NCBI GenBank assembly: GCA_013265495.1
Contig: MU058636.1
Coordinates: 4,933,741-4,997,740, forward strand
Origin: Vicugna vicugna
Taxonomy: Eukaryota
Direction of reading: 5' to 3'
DNA length: 64,000 nucleotides
The notes under the pieces were generated by a model. That model did no database searches and had not been told where the DNA came from. It saw nothing but the letters and a program-made list of their open reading frames with translations. Each line of letters opens with the position of its first letter. Position 1 is the first letter of the stretch. Position numbers and translations under genes: made by a program. Of the stretch, positions 12,871-24,938 are shown piece by piece.

Positions 12871-13280
12871 ACCTTTGTAGCTTCTTACGCTAGAACTTTA
12901 GGCATTTAATTCGGGAATTTAAATACTTAAATTTAAGACTTTCTTTTAAAATATAAGTACTTAAAGTTATAATTTCCAAACAATTTTTTATATAATTTTA
13001 TGTATTATATTTTTATTATCTGTTCAAAATACTTTCTGATGTTCCTTGTGATTTCTTCTTTGACTCTTTTTTTTTGTTTAGAAGTTTGTTGCTTAATTTT
13101 CAGATAGTTTGGGTTTTCCTGGATAACTTAATTGTAATTGATTTCTAATGTAATTCTGTTGTAGTCACAGAATATACTCTGTAAGATTCCTTCATTTGAA
13201 ATGTAAGGGTTGTTTCATGGTGTAGTATATGGTCTTATATGATTAAGTTGGTTTAACAGTGTTGTTCAAATCACCTATAT

Positions 13281-13490
13281 CTGAGATCAGAAAATGTTCT
13301 GCAAAGGACTGTATAGAAAATATTTTAGGTTTTGTGAATTATACAGTTTCTGTTTTAACTGCTCTACCCTTGTAGTGCAAGAGCAGCTGTGATAGTATGT
13401 AAATGGTAGGTATGGCAGTGTTCTGATAAAACTTTATTTATAAAGATGGGCAGAGGGCCATGGATCTGCCCTGCAGTTTGCTGACTCCTG
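13281..13490. mobile_element. MER58-type hAT DNA transposon
   Basis: ttctgcaaaggac..aaatattttaggttttgtg..tgttctgataaaactttattta..cagtttgctgactcctg. Confidence 0.8.
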
Positions 13491-15029
13491 ATTTATATGC
13501 CTATGGATTTTTTTTCCCATTTCTGTTGCTGAGAGAAGGAATATTAAAATTTCCAAATGTAACTATGGGTTTCTTCATTTTTTTCCTGTAACTTTGTCAG
13601 CTTTTGTTTCATGTATTTCCTCCATGCAGTTTTTACCTCAACCTCTGATACTAAGTGCGTTCTCATTTACAGTTGTTATGCCTTTTGGATGAATTTATCT
13701 TTATCTGTGATAATTCTTCTTTATTGAAGTTAATTTTTTTCTGACATTAATGTACATATGTCAGTTCCCTATGTTTAGTATTTATATTCATGGTGTATAA
13801 GTTTTTGTTATTATATGTTTAACCTGACTGTGTCTTTGTTTTTAAAATGTATCTCTTATAGGCAACATATATTTAATGGCTTTTTTCTTCTTTATTTCTT
13901 TCTCTTATTATTAAACGTATCTAATAACCTCTGCCTTTGAGTGGAGGGTTTGATAACTACATTTAATATTATTTATATGGTTGAGTTTAAGTCTACCACT
14001 TTGCTAATTTTTTTAATTGACATATATAGTTCAGAGGTGCAGCAAAGTGATTCAGTTATAGCTATGTTTTATATTTTATCTGTCTCTTCTCTCTTCTTTC
14101 TTTTATTGCCTTTTATGTTAGTCAAATTTTAAAAAATACTCTATTTTGAATCCTTGATTGATTTTTTAAGCTGTACTATTTTGTATAAGTGACTGTTCTA
14201 GAGATTACAGTGATCATGATTGACTTTTACAGTTCATTTAGCATTAACATTATACCACATCACGTAAAATGAAAGAACCTTACAAACAATAATTATATTT
14301 TTTAACCTTTATGCTATTGGTGTGTGATCTTTTGGTGTAATACAATGCTGTTTTTGCTGTAAATAGTTGGTAGCCTTTTAAAGAATTTGAGAGAGAGAAA
14401 TAAGTCTTTTGTATATAACTACATAGTTATTATTTCAGGTTTTCTTTATTTCTTTGTGTTGTTCTTAGTTTTATCTGATGTCATTTCCCTTCAGCTTGAA
14501 GAATTTCCTTTAACATTGCATAATGTCCAGGTCTAGTGATAAACTCTTAAGCTTATGTATATATATTTACTCTTATTTTTCAAGAACATGTTTGCTGGAT
14601 ATAGGTTCTGGGTTGACAGTCTTTAATTGCTTTAAAGATTTTGTTAAATTGTCTTCTGGTCTCTGTAGCATCTTTAATTTTGAACTATTTGATGTGTTTT
14701 TTTTCATTTTTTTTTTGTTTTTCTGCTTAGAGTTTGTTGAGCTTATTGAATTTGCACATTGATTTTTTTTCCACCAATTTTTAACCATTATTTAAAAATG
14801 TTTTTCTTCCCCACTTGCTCTTCTTCTGAGATTCTTGTTATTTTGTTTGAAATTGTACTATTATAAGTCTGTGAGTCTTTGTTATTTTTAATTTTTTCCC
14901 AATCTTTTGCCCTCTATTCTTCAAACTGAATAATTTCTACTGATCAGTCTTCAAGTCATTGATCCTTTTTAATATTGCTTTTAAAATGCTGTGAAGCCCA
15001 TTTTCTCCCCTCCATTTACTTATTTACTT

Positions 15030-15650
15030 ATTTTCCAGCTTCACTGACAGATAACATTGTGTAAATTTAGCCTGTACAACATGATCATTTGATATATGTA
15101 TATATTGTTAAAAGGTTAGCACAATTAGGTTAGTTAATACATCTGTTATTTCACATATTTAACATTATTTTGTGTGTGTGGTGAGAATATGTAAAATTTA
15201 CTCTCTTAGCAGCTTTCAAGTACACAGTACAGTATTGTTAACTGTAGTCATCATGCTGTACATTAGATTTAAATTCCCAGAACTTATTTATCTTATAACT
15301 GAAAGTTTGTACTCTTTAACAGAATCTCCACTTCTCCCCCCGCACCATCTCAACCCCCTAGCCCCTGGCAGCTCTGTTTATATGAGTTTGGCTTTTTAGA
15401 TTCCACGTATAAGTGAGATCATGCATTATTTATCTTTCTCTGATTTATTTCACTTTGATAATACCCTCAAGTTTCATCCATGTTGTCACAAATGGCAGGA
15501 TATCCTTCCTCATGGCCAAATAATATTCTCTTAAATATATATACTGCATCTTTATTCATTCATCCTTTGATGGATGTTGAGGTTGTTTCCATGTCTTGGC
15601 CATTGTGAATAATGCTGCCATGAGCTTGGGGGTGCAGATGTCTCTGCACT
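15030..15650 (-). mobile_element. LINE-1 3' end (L1MA-like)
   Basis: ttagattccacgtataagtgagatcatg..ccatgttgtcacaaatggcagga..gtgaataatgctgc. Confidence 0.85.
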
Positions 15651-15951
15651 TTGAAATACTATAATCTTTAGTTCTATTTCATTTTTTAACTATTTCCATT
15701 TTACTGCTGAGATTCTGCATTGTCACCATGTTTTCCATTAAGTCCTCGAACAGATTTATAGTAGCTGCTTTAAAAGTCCTTGTTTGTTAATTCTCTCATG
15801 TGAGTTATTTCATTGCCTTTTTCTGTTTACTACTTCTTTTCCACCCTTGAGAATAGGTCACATTTTCCTGCTGCTTTTCATGTGTAGAAAGTTTTAATTT
15901 TAGAATGGACATTGTGTATTATCCCTAAATTCTCTTTGTCTTCCTCTGATG

Positions 15952-16026
15952 AATATAATTAAATTAATTATAAATTATAATTATATTATAGTATTACATA
16001 TTATAAACTATAATTATATTAATAAA
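15952..16026. repeat. AT-rich low-complexity tract
   Basis: aatataattaaattaattataaattataattatattata..., almost exclusively A/T. Confidence 0.85.
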
Positions 16027-17719
16027 TCATCTTCAACTTGTGGTGGCTTGGTCTTATACTTTAAGATCGGTTTGTAGAAAGCCTGAGATGTTTTTTAAGC
16101 CCTCGTAACTTGGTCAGGCTCATGTCTCCTCTGCAGTGGGCAGCAGCTGAGATTGTGGCTAAGTTCTTTCAGCTTTCCAGTTGTTGTTTTCCACTGGGCT
16201 CCTTGGACTCTTCAGGGGTCGGTGAAGAATTTGAAAAGAGTTATATTAGTTTTTGAAGCTTATGCTGCTGTGTCACACCCATCTCCTGAATTTCCCCTCT
16301 GAATCTCTGGCAACTCTGTGACCATGAATTTAATAAAACTGCAACTTTCTGCTTGAGTTCCAGTAGCCCTGTGCTTTTTCAGACTAGGAATGCCCTCAGG
16401 GGAAAAGCTGTATAAATTTTAATCTCTTCGATTGTATTTCCCTTCTTTCAGTGGTCAGATTTTCCAGTTTCTACCTTCTCTTGGTGCTTTTTTCTGCTTT
16501 CAAATCATTATTTTACCCAGAGTTTTTTGTTTTTTGGTTTTTTTTTTGTTTTGTTTTTACAATTGTTATCTATGAAAGGGTTAGTTTAATGAGTTGGCAG
16601 AAGCTACTCAACTATTGTTAGAACTCTTCAGACTCATTTTCATTTATTTCAGACTGGCCCTTTAAGCACAGTTGCTGATTTAACACACATCTTGTTTTAG
16701 GGTTACACGTTTTTAACATAAGATAGAAACTCACTAGTGCTTCAATTATATATACTTGGTTTTAATAGGTAGTTATTTAGTGATAAGCCTTGAGCTAAAG
16801 AATGTTTACAAAGACTGGCAAGAGGGACAGCTGTGTTTCTGTTGCTATTTCTCTCCCACTTTATTAGCAGCAGCCTTTGATAGACAGCAGTGGGACACAT
16901 GGGACCAGATAATATTGGAAGAAAATGTCGTTTTTCAACTGTCTTAGATAGGCTTTTACTTCTCTTGGTATTTCTCCTTTGTGTAAGAAGTACTAAAATG
17001 TAAATGTTTGTCTCAACGGCTTCTGTCTCAAAATTCGTGTTTATGATAGGGCTGTGGGACATCTATTTACGTTTAAATGGTTAGCTAGAACCAGCTCAGG
17101 TTCAGAGGATAGGATCATTTTACAAATATTTGAGTTTATGGTTTTGACTTTAAGCAAAATATATTTAAAAGAAAGTATGTTCAAGAGGAAACTCGGTGAG
17201 TTGATTGTAGAGATTGTAAATGTAATGGCAATACATTTTTTTAATAAACTGAGTGTTTTGTGCTTCTAGTACAAGTCTAAGGTTGACGTATAGTCAAAAT
17301 ACATTTATTAAGGGGTGTTGATTTTTAATTGCTCTCTTGAATTCAAACAGCTTATTTTGTTGTTTTAATGTACATATAACTTTAAAGATAAGAAGGTAGT
17401 TTTTAAAATTTGAACTTGCTCTTTTAGAAAGTAAATGCTTTCAAAACTTAATATTCTTCAGGTAAATCTTTAAGTATTTTTGCTCATGGAAGAAAAGTGA
17501 GGTACATTATAACCCCAATATGTGATATTTGACTTTTTCTCTTTAGTTGAGTGTTGTTAGAGGTAGAGAAGAGGTGGACACTTTCAGCCCGTAGAGAAGA
17601 GGCAGGTGAACACGTTCAGCCTTTACTACAATAGTTTAACCCTAAATAACATTTTCATCACTATCGATTAGAGTTTGCTTGAAAAGTAAAATTATTGTAG
17701 TGATTGTTTTTTTACCAAT

Positions 17720-19088
17720 TGTAGGAACTAATTATACGTACCTGAATCTGGTGCTAGGCTTGGAGTCAGTAGGGCTGGCAGTTGGGAAGGGAAGATGGAC
17801 ATGAAATGAGGGTAAAGTGAGGTTAAACTAGAACCTGCAAAGAAGATTTAGAACTTGTAGAAATGAATTGGAATGTATGAGCCCGAACTTGAGCCTTCAT
17901 AACTCTCACTGGTTTCACACCTGCAACCTTGATGATGCAGGTGACCTGCAGTAGGTATGGGACACCTCATCATGGAGCTGCACACACACTTGCCTTGGTA
18001 TAATTTGGAAAAGCAAAGGTGGAGATCTGACAGGAGCTAGAAGAGCTTTGGGCCGAGTCGCTGCCCCATGCCAATGAAAGTGAGCCTAAAGAGCCATGAC
18101 TGTGTGAGAACTGCCATAACACCTGACTTTATGTTGATGTTCTTAACTTGGCTGCTGCTTCACTTCTGTCTTCTGAATCTCGTGGAAAAACTTTTTGAGG
18201 CCCAACCTAACCCACAACCATGTGGGGAATGGTATTTGGGAAAATGTAGTTGCAACCCAGCTAAGATAAAAAGCCATCACAGACCATCCCTTGTCACCAC
18301 AGCACCAATGCAAACCTCTTTTAATCATATTTAACTTAAAAATAAAGCAAATTGCAAACCTGTACTTTTGGTGAACATAATGCAACTATCCTTTGTTCAG
18401 CTGATAACATACAAATCCTTTACTTAAGAAAAGGTACAAAATCCCTTTATCCATAGTTGTGTTAATTTTTTTTCTACCTACATTTTCTACTTATATCCTT
18501 AATGTAAGGATAAACTTATATTACTTACATAACTTAAATTTGGTAATACGATATTATATTAGCTACTATCAGATGGTTGTAGAAAGGGAGATAAAAATAA
18601 ATTGACTAATATACAATTTTTTATATCGTAAAAAGAAAAAATACTCATTAGAGTTTTCATTTCTGCAGCTAGTCATGTGGTTGTGGTTGCTACCTGTAAT
18701 TGCCTTCTCCGGCTGTCATTCCACATTCCCTCTGTTCTTGGCAAGTATTTCAGCTGATTGTGGTTTCTTGCCTGGTAGGGTGACCTAAATCTTCATTCCT
18801 TAAGGGTCTGTGTCATTAGCCAGCCTGCCTGGATTATTTCCACTGCCTTTAATCACAGTACATGGAAATACTAAGTGGCCTCCTAGAGGAACTCCTGCAT
18901 TCCAGACATACTTTTTCTTAGCCCCTCTTGTATAGTAGCAGCCTAGCTTCCCCTTGATTGTAAGATCAGTCACCCTAGTCAGTTCTGTAACCCTCTTTGT
19001 TGATTCATTGACACGAAAAGCCCAAAGTGGCTGGGTGACAGTCTCAACTTCCAGTTGAATGAAACTATTACTGTATCCCTTGGTGGAA
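17720..19088 (-). mobile_element. ERV-L proviral remnant: decayed dUTPase region (about 18660-19088), polypurine tract and 3' LTR (17720-18281)
   Basis: Minus-strand peptides PPRDTVIVSFNWKLRLSPSHFGLFVSMNQQ and KKYVWNAGVPLGGHLVFPCTVIK match ERV-L dUTPase. A PPT-like acaagggatggtc precedes the LTR start TGTGATGG at 18281. Confidence 0.85.
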
Positions 19089-19639
19089 ATTAAGATCTAC
19101 CAAGGGAACTGTATGGGCATGGATGAATATAGGTGGGTAGATGATGATGATACATTGTGTTATGTATCAGTGAATTGGGAAGCAAAGTAAGTCAGTTAAG
19201 AATGAGAATGAATCAATACAAAATAATATAGTCTCACAGTACTCGGGAGTTAATCAGGATACCCTGTTCAGAAATATTTACTTCGAAAGAAGTGTAGATA
19301 TATCCGAAATGTGCGTGTAGTTTTTTCTTGTTTATTGTCCGGTATTTAATAATGGACAGGTGGTCGGTAGCAGTTGCATTCTGATTCTAGATCTGATGTG
19401 CTTTTTTGGATTTTTTATTTACCTAAAGCAAACAGTTGTATTTACTATTTTGAGCTTCTATAAGTTAATAAGACTAAAACAGTGAGCGTAAATGACTTCT
19501 TTTTCACAAGTGAAAATACTATAGCAGCACTGCATGTCATGTCTAATCTGAAACTGGAAATTATAATAATGTAGTGATTAGGATGGTGAGCTTGGAGCCA
19601 GACTGCCTGGCCTTAAATCCCAGCTCTTCTGCTTACCAT

Positions 19640-20210
19640 GAATTACAGTTAGTTATTACTCGGTAACAACCCCCACTCCCCCAAAATTTCAGTGGCTTAA
19701 AATGAGTGTGTGTTATTATGAATCTGTAGATCAGATGGATGACTGTGATCATCTGGGCTAGATTTGGCTCATTGCAGTTGAGCTGATTTCATCTGGGATT
19801 GCTCATGTATCTGTGGTCACCTGGCAGGTTGGCTGGAGGCTGGCTGATCTATGGTGGCTTCTCATATTTCTGGCGGTTGGCTGACTATCTGCTGGATGAT
19901 GGAGGGTGACTGAGGCACATATCTCATCATTTATTAGGCAAGTCTGGTCTTGTTCACATGGTGGGGGCAGGATTCTAAGAGAGGTAGTAGAAACATGCAA
20001 GGTCTCTTGAGGTCAGCACTTGAAACTGGCACAGTGTCACTTCTGCCACTTTCTGTTGGTTCAGGGCAAGTCATGAGGCCAGACAAGGCTCAAGATGTGG
20101 GGAAATCAACTTTGCCTTTTGTTGGGAGGAGCTGCAGTGTCACATTGCTGGGGGTATGGATACTAGGAGGGGTGGAGAATTGGGGCCATTTTATATTCAT
20201 CCTACCATGT
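19640..20210 (-). mobile_element. MaLR LTR (MLT1-family) inserted in a MIR (MIR halves at about 19570-19640 and 20210-20390)
   Basis: ccccaaaatttcagtggcttaaaa..gctcatgtatctgtggtcacctggcagg..gaaactggcacagtgtcacttctgccac..gggaggagctgca. Confidence 0.8.
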
Positions 20211-20399
20211 AACACCATCACGCACAAATCTCTCCATCTCTTTGAATCTATTTCCTAACCTGTAAAAATGGTTAGGAGAGTAATGATACTTTTTGAGACA
20301 GTTTTGAAGAACAGATAAAATAATCTATATAAAGTGTCTATGACAGTGTCTTGATATATGCCAATATGTACTCAGTAAATTTTTATTGTTACTACTTGG

Positions 20400-20820
20400 T
20401 AATAATTAGCCGGGTGTTTTATATTCATTACTATATACTCATAATAATCCTGTGATAGTGTCATTATTTCCTTCTTATAGCTGAGGAGACAGACTGAGCT
20501 GCTTAAGTTACCAATATGCCAAGATTGGCTGTAGACCCAACATTTGAACCAAGGTATTATCATGTTTTGGCTTTTTTGCTTTGAGAGCCAGTACAGTGGT
20601 AACATATGTGGGCTCTGGAACTGTGTTAAGAGTCCTTGTCCCAGACCTTACTAGCCTTTCCGCCTTGGGCAAATTACTTAACCTCTTTGTGCGTCACTTT
20701 CTAGGAAAGGAGATTGCTTACCTCCAAAGGTTGCTGGTGAGGATTAAATGAATTAATACACATTAAGTGTTTAGAACTGTGAGCACAGGCTAGACAGGTA
20801 CTCAGTATGTTGTTATTTCT
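20400..20820. mobile_element. MIR SINE cluster
   Basis: ccttgggcaaattacttaacctctttgtgc..gtgaggattaaatga..aagtgtttagaac. Confidence 0.7.
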
Positions 20821-21333
20821 TCTCCTCTTAATATTATACCATGCTGCCTTTAGTCTAAACCTTTAAAACCTTTCTTACAGAAAAACATAAATGAGACTGA
20901 AGTTGTCACCCTTTTCTTTTTAGAGCTATCTAATTTTTTCATGAAGTATTATTAACCTTTATGGTTAGTTTCCTAATATAATAATTAATTATGGGTTTTA
21001 CTGGTGTGAATTGGTTATATAGGGACATTTCAATTTGAGGAAAAACTATTGTACAGTATTTTGGGGTTTTTTTCCCCCTCATTTCCTTTCTGAGCTTTGC
21101 TTGCATAGGGTCATTCATTTCTGTGGCTTCCATTCTATGTTGGTTACCCCCAAATCAACATCTGAAGTTTGACCTGACTCCTGGTTTTCATTCCTTAATT
21201 GGTTTTTCTTCTTTGTCCAATTAGTTATTAAATTTACTATTTCTGTAATCTCTCACACCTTCTCTTCCTCTTTATGTTTATTGCTTTTGGTTTAATCCAG
21301 ATCCTCATGATTCTTTTTCCTTCTCTCTCTCTC

Positions 21334-22166
21334 TTTTTTTAATATCTGACCTTATTTATTTGTTACTCTTGGAACATCTTATTTTTGACTGAACTTGGAG
21401 ATAGAAGCTCTCAGAGAGGACAGCTTCTGTCTCTTGGTAGTTTGTTCCTTGTGTTTTTCTTTGACCTCCTTCATTCTCTTGGTCAAAAGTTTAGCATATT
21501 CTGCAGCCTTTCCTTATTTTTCTTAGCATGCTGTTCTTTCAGGGCAAATGGATTGTTGTTTGTATTACAGAACATGTGGAGTAACAAACACTGCATGCAT
21601 CTTGGGTGCTTTGGTCCTTGGTTTCTTACTCTCTCTGTTTAGGTGCTTTCTCATGACATGCTGGCAGACATCATCTTTAGAGAGATTGAAAAGTTTGTGA
21701 ATTCTAGCTATTTTGGACCCCAGGGCGATGAGGCACAGTCCTATCAGTGAGTCCAGGAATATCCTCTCTGTCCCTTTTTTAATGATGACCAAATTGAGAA
21801 CACTTAGATTGGCATTCGCAATGCAACCCTGAACAAATTTGCACTTTCTTTCTCCAGTTTTCCTTGATCTATAACAGAACTTCACCTTAACTCAGTAGCA
21901 AACAGACACAGCCATGGATCAGGACACCCTGCTTCATGGGGAAACCTTGTTTATCATTTCCCACTACTGATTTGGACTATACAACCCTTCCATTTCTTCA
22001 CCCAAAACATTAGCAGCAACTTCTATAGCCATATGCTTTGTATAAAAGGTACGAAGTTTGCATTTATCATCCACTTCAGTGAGTTTCTGGCAACCAGTGC
22101 CTCGGAAAGAGATGTTCAACTTCATTCTGAAGCAGCTGACTGCCTCTGAGGTGCCACGAAAAAGAG
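21334..22166 (-). pseudogene. RPS6: Processed pseudogene of 40S ribosomal protein S6 (full-length, intronless, disabled)
   Basis: The minus strand begins with the 5'TOP CTCTTTTTCGTGG at 22166. ATG at 22125 gives MKLNISF.GTGCQKL; RPS6 peptides [20 protein letters not shown] and KKPRTKAPK follow. Native stop at 21379-21381, AATAAA at 21355-21360, A7 tail remnant at 21334-21340. Several single-base insertions and a premature TAA at 21565-21567 disable it. Confidence 0.96.
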
Positions 22167-22174
22167 CTTTTTTA

Positions 22175-22348
22175 TAGAGAGCAAACCAGTGGGAGAAGGA
22201 AGGGGAGAAAGGGACAAAATAGGGATAGGGGATTAAAGAAAGGGTTATTATGGGATTTTATGAAATCGTGTGTGAAACCTCTGACAATTATAAAGCACTA
22301 TAAAATTTAAAGAATCTTTTATTCACTAAAAAAGTAAATTTAAAAAAT
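22175..22348 (+). mobile_element. 5'-truncated LINE-1 3' end with A-rich tail
   Basis: agagagcaaaccagtgggagaaggaaggggagaaagggacaaaatagggataggggattaa resembles laurasiatherian L1 3' UTRs. It ends in ttcactaaaaaagtaaatttaaaaaa. Confidence 0.7.
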
Positions 22349-22839
22349 TAGTAACCTCCTAATCAGTCTCTTAAGTTCTATTCTTACCTTTTTCTAGTCC
22401 ATCTTCCAGGAACTGTCAAAATAGTTTATGTAAAAGACATTTGATCATTTTATTCCCTTGGTTAAAACTTTAAATTCTCATTGCTCACAAGAAAAAAATA
22501 AATTTGATCATTTAGGGTTCTTGATGAATCTGCCTCTGCTTCCCTCTCCAGCAGAATCTTTAGTTACTTCGCAACAGAATTTCTGAGTTCTGGCTATGTG
22601 GAATTACCCTGTACTGTCATATTCTCTTGCATGTCTATGCATTTCCATCTGCTTTTAATTTCGTCTGAAATCCTCTGCCTAGATTTGTTCTGTTGGCAGA
22701 CTTTGTGCATCTTTTTTGGAGATTTACTGAAGTGTGATTTCTCAGGGAAGGTTTCCTTATCCCTACTATACATTGTCAGACTCCTGATTCTTTGCCTGGA
22801 CTGGTACATGCTTTTATTATAGTTTTTATCACATTGATA

Positions 22840-23815
22840 TTTTTAAACATCTTTGTTTCGATATAATTCGTATACCATACAGTTCACTAATTTAAAGTGT
22901 ATAGCTCAGTGGTTTAGTATATTTACAGAGTTATGCATTATTACTATAATTTTAGAACATTTCATTATCCCAAAAGAAACCTACATTTCTTAGCCAACAC
23001 CCCCTAGCATCTCACCCTCCTTCCTCCATCCTGCAGTCATTGATCTGCTTTCTGTCTCCAGAGATATGCCTATTCCATACACTTCATATTAGTGGAATCA
23101 TTTATTATTTAGTCCTTTGTAATTGGTATCTTTAACTTAATGTTTTCAATGTTCAGCAATCTTGTAGTATTATATGTTAGTACTTCATTCCTTTTTATTG
23201 CCAAATATTTCATTGTATGGGTAGACAATAATTTATCCATTCATTAGTTGATGGGCATTTGAGTTGTTTCTGCTTTAGCTATTATGAATAATACTATAAT
23301 GAGCATTTGTGTACAAGTTTATGTGCAGACATACCTTTTTATTTCTCTGGATATATATGTAGGATCATTTGGTAACTGTTTAACTGTTTGAGAAAATACC
23401 AGACTGTTTTCCAAAGCTGCAGTATCATTTAACATTCCCACCATCAGTGTGTGAAGGTTTTAATTTCTCTACATCCTTGTCCACACGTGTTATTGTTGTC
23501 TGTGTTTTTGATTACAGCCATTCTAGTGGGTGTGAACAAGTATTTCGTTGGGATTTTGATTTGCATTTCCTGATGGTTAAAGATGTTGAGCAACTTTTCA
23601 TGTGTGTATTAACCATTTGCGTATCTTCTTTGGAATACTATTCAGAGCCTTTGTCACATTTTAAAACTGAGTTGTAATAATTCTTTATATATTGTAGATA
23701 TAAGCCCCTTATCAGTTATGATTATGTAATTTTTCTCCCATTCTGTTGGTTGTCATTTACTTTGTTGATATTGTCCTTTGAGCTATAAAAGTTTTTTTGT
23801 TTTTGTTAAAAATTC
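22840..23815 (-). mobile_element. LINE-1 3' end (L1MB-like)
   Basis: atataattcgtataccatacagttcac..cagactgttttccaaag..ttttgatttgcatttcctgatg. Confidence 0.85.
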
Positions 23816-23879
23816 CCACTTATCCTTGTATTCAGAGTTGAGCCTAGTCTCTCTCTTCTGTTGTTATAGTCTTGACACT

Positions 23880-24355
23880 TAAAGGAGTCCAGAATAAGTG
23901 ACCATGGCATAAAAGTTATTTTGAGAAGAAATCTCTTAACCTGCCTAAAAACGGAGTTTCCCCAAAGAACTCAATTGTCATAAATTCCCTTTTGGGGAGC
24001 AGCCAGGGAAGATTGACTCTTATCACTGGAGATGAAAAGTTGCTACACCATACCTAAATAGACATTGTCACAGAACTACCTTGTCTCTCATCTGTTCTTG
24101 TAAGTGCCCATTTATCTTTCCAAAAAGTCATTTATTTTCCTGTAAGTGCCCTTCACTTATTAAGGTGCTATATAAGTCCCAGATTCTAAACATCTCCTTG
24201 AGTCACATTTTTCTGTAAACTTGTTTGTATACATACATATGTGAATAAAAGTCTGTCTTTTCTCTTGCTAATCTGTTGTATGGCAGAGAAAAACCTTTTT
24301 TCTCAATCTGTCTTAAGTTTGCTGGATGGGACCTTACAAGTTAGACTGACAAAAG
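23880..24355 (+). mobile_element. ERV1-class solo LTR (MER34-like); last 79 bp apparently inverted
   Basis: aaggagtccagaata..tggcataaaagttattttgag; TATATAA at 24169-24175, AATAAA at 24244-24249, and ttttctcttgctaatctgt. Confidence 0.7.
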
Positions 24356-24489
24356 AATAATGCATTTTTAGAGAAGTGACAGGACAGAGGAAAAGGATTC
24401 TTGAGTTTCTAAGGGTGGCAAGTTGTGGAAAGTTAAATGTATGGGGAAATAATGGAAGATAAGGACTAGTGAAAATTTTAAAGTTAAAA

Positions 24490-24938
24490 TTTTTAAAATT
24501 GAGATGTAATTGACATATTAGTTTCAGGTATACAATATAATGATTTGATATTTGTATATATTGTGAAATGATCACCACTATAAGCCTAATTATAGTTAAC
24601 CTCTATCACCACACATGGTTAGGAGTTTTTTCTTTTAAAATTTACTCTTAGCAAATCTCAAATGTACAATGCAGTATTATTGTATATAGTCACCATGTTA
24701 CATCCCCATGACTTACTTACTTTATAACTGAAAATTTGTACTTTTTGACCATGTCCACCCATTTTGCCCACCTCTTCCTCTACCTCTGGCAACCACCAAT
24801 CTAAATTGTTCCCTGTAGCTATGAATTTGGTTATTTGTTTTCTGTTCTGTTTAGATTCCACATATAAGTGATATCATAGGGTATTTGTCTTTTTCTCTCT
24901 GACTTATTTCACTTATCATAATGCCCTCAAGGTCCATT
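24490..24938 (-). mobile_element. LINE-1 3' end
   Basis: ttagattccacatataagtgatatcata..gacttatttcactta..ataatgccctcaaggtccat. Confidence 0.85.

Larger units (their letters stand above)
8030..14960 (-). mobile_element. Old LINE-1 (L1M) 3' UTR/ORF2 relic, fragmented by nested insertions
   Basis: Antisense L1 motifs throughout, e.g. cttgtcttgttcctcatcttaaggggaaagc, ggtcatgatgtattatcc, aggaatattggtct. The minus ORF 12174-12572 is frameshifted ORF2-like sequence. Confidence 0.8.
21080..22830 (+). mobile_element. L2 LINE relic hosting the RPS6 retrocopy and the L1 end
   Basis: L2-like ccccaaatcaacatct and aatccagatcctcatgat on the left; aacctcctaatcagtctc..agtccatcttcca..attcccttggttaaaac on the right. 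Confidence 0.6.

Noticed and set aside
21565..21885. 106-aa minus ORF resembling RPS6
   Set aside because: It is an internal fragment of the frameshifted pseudogene and ends in a premature stop.
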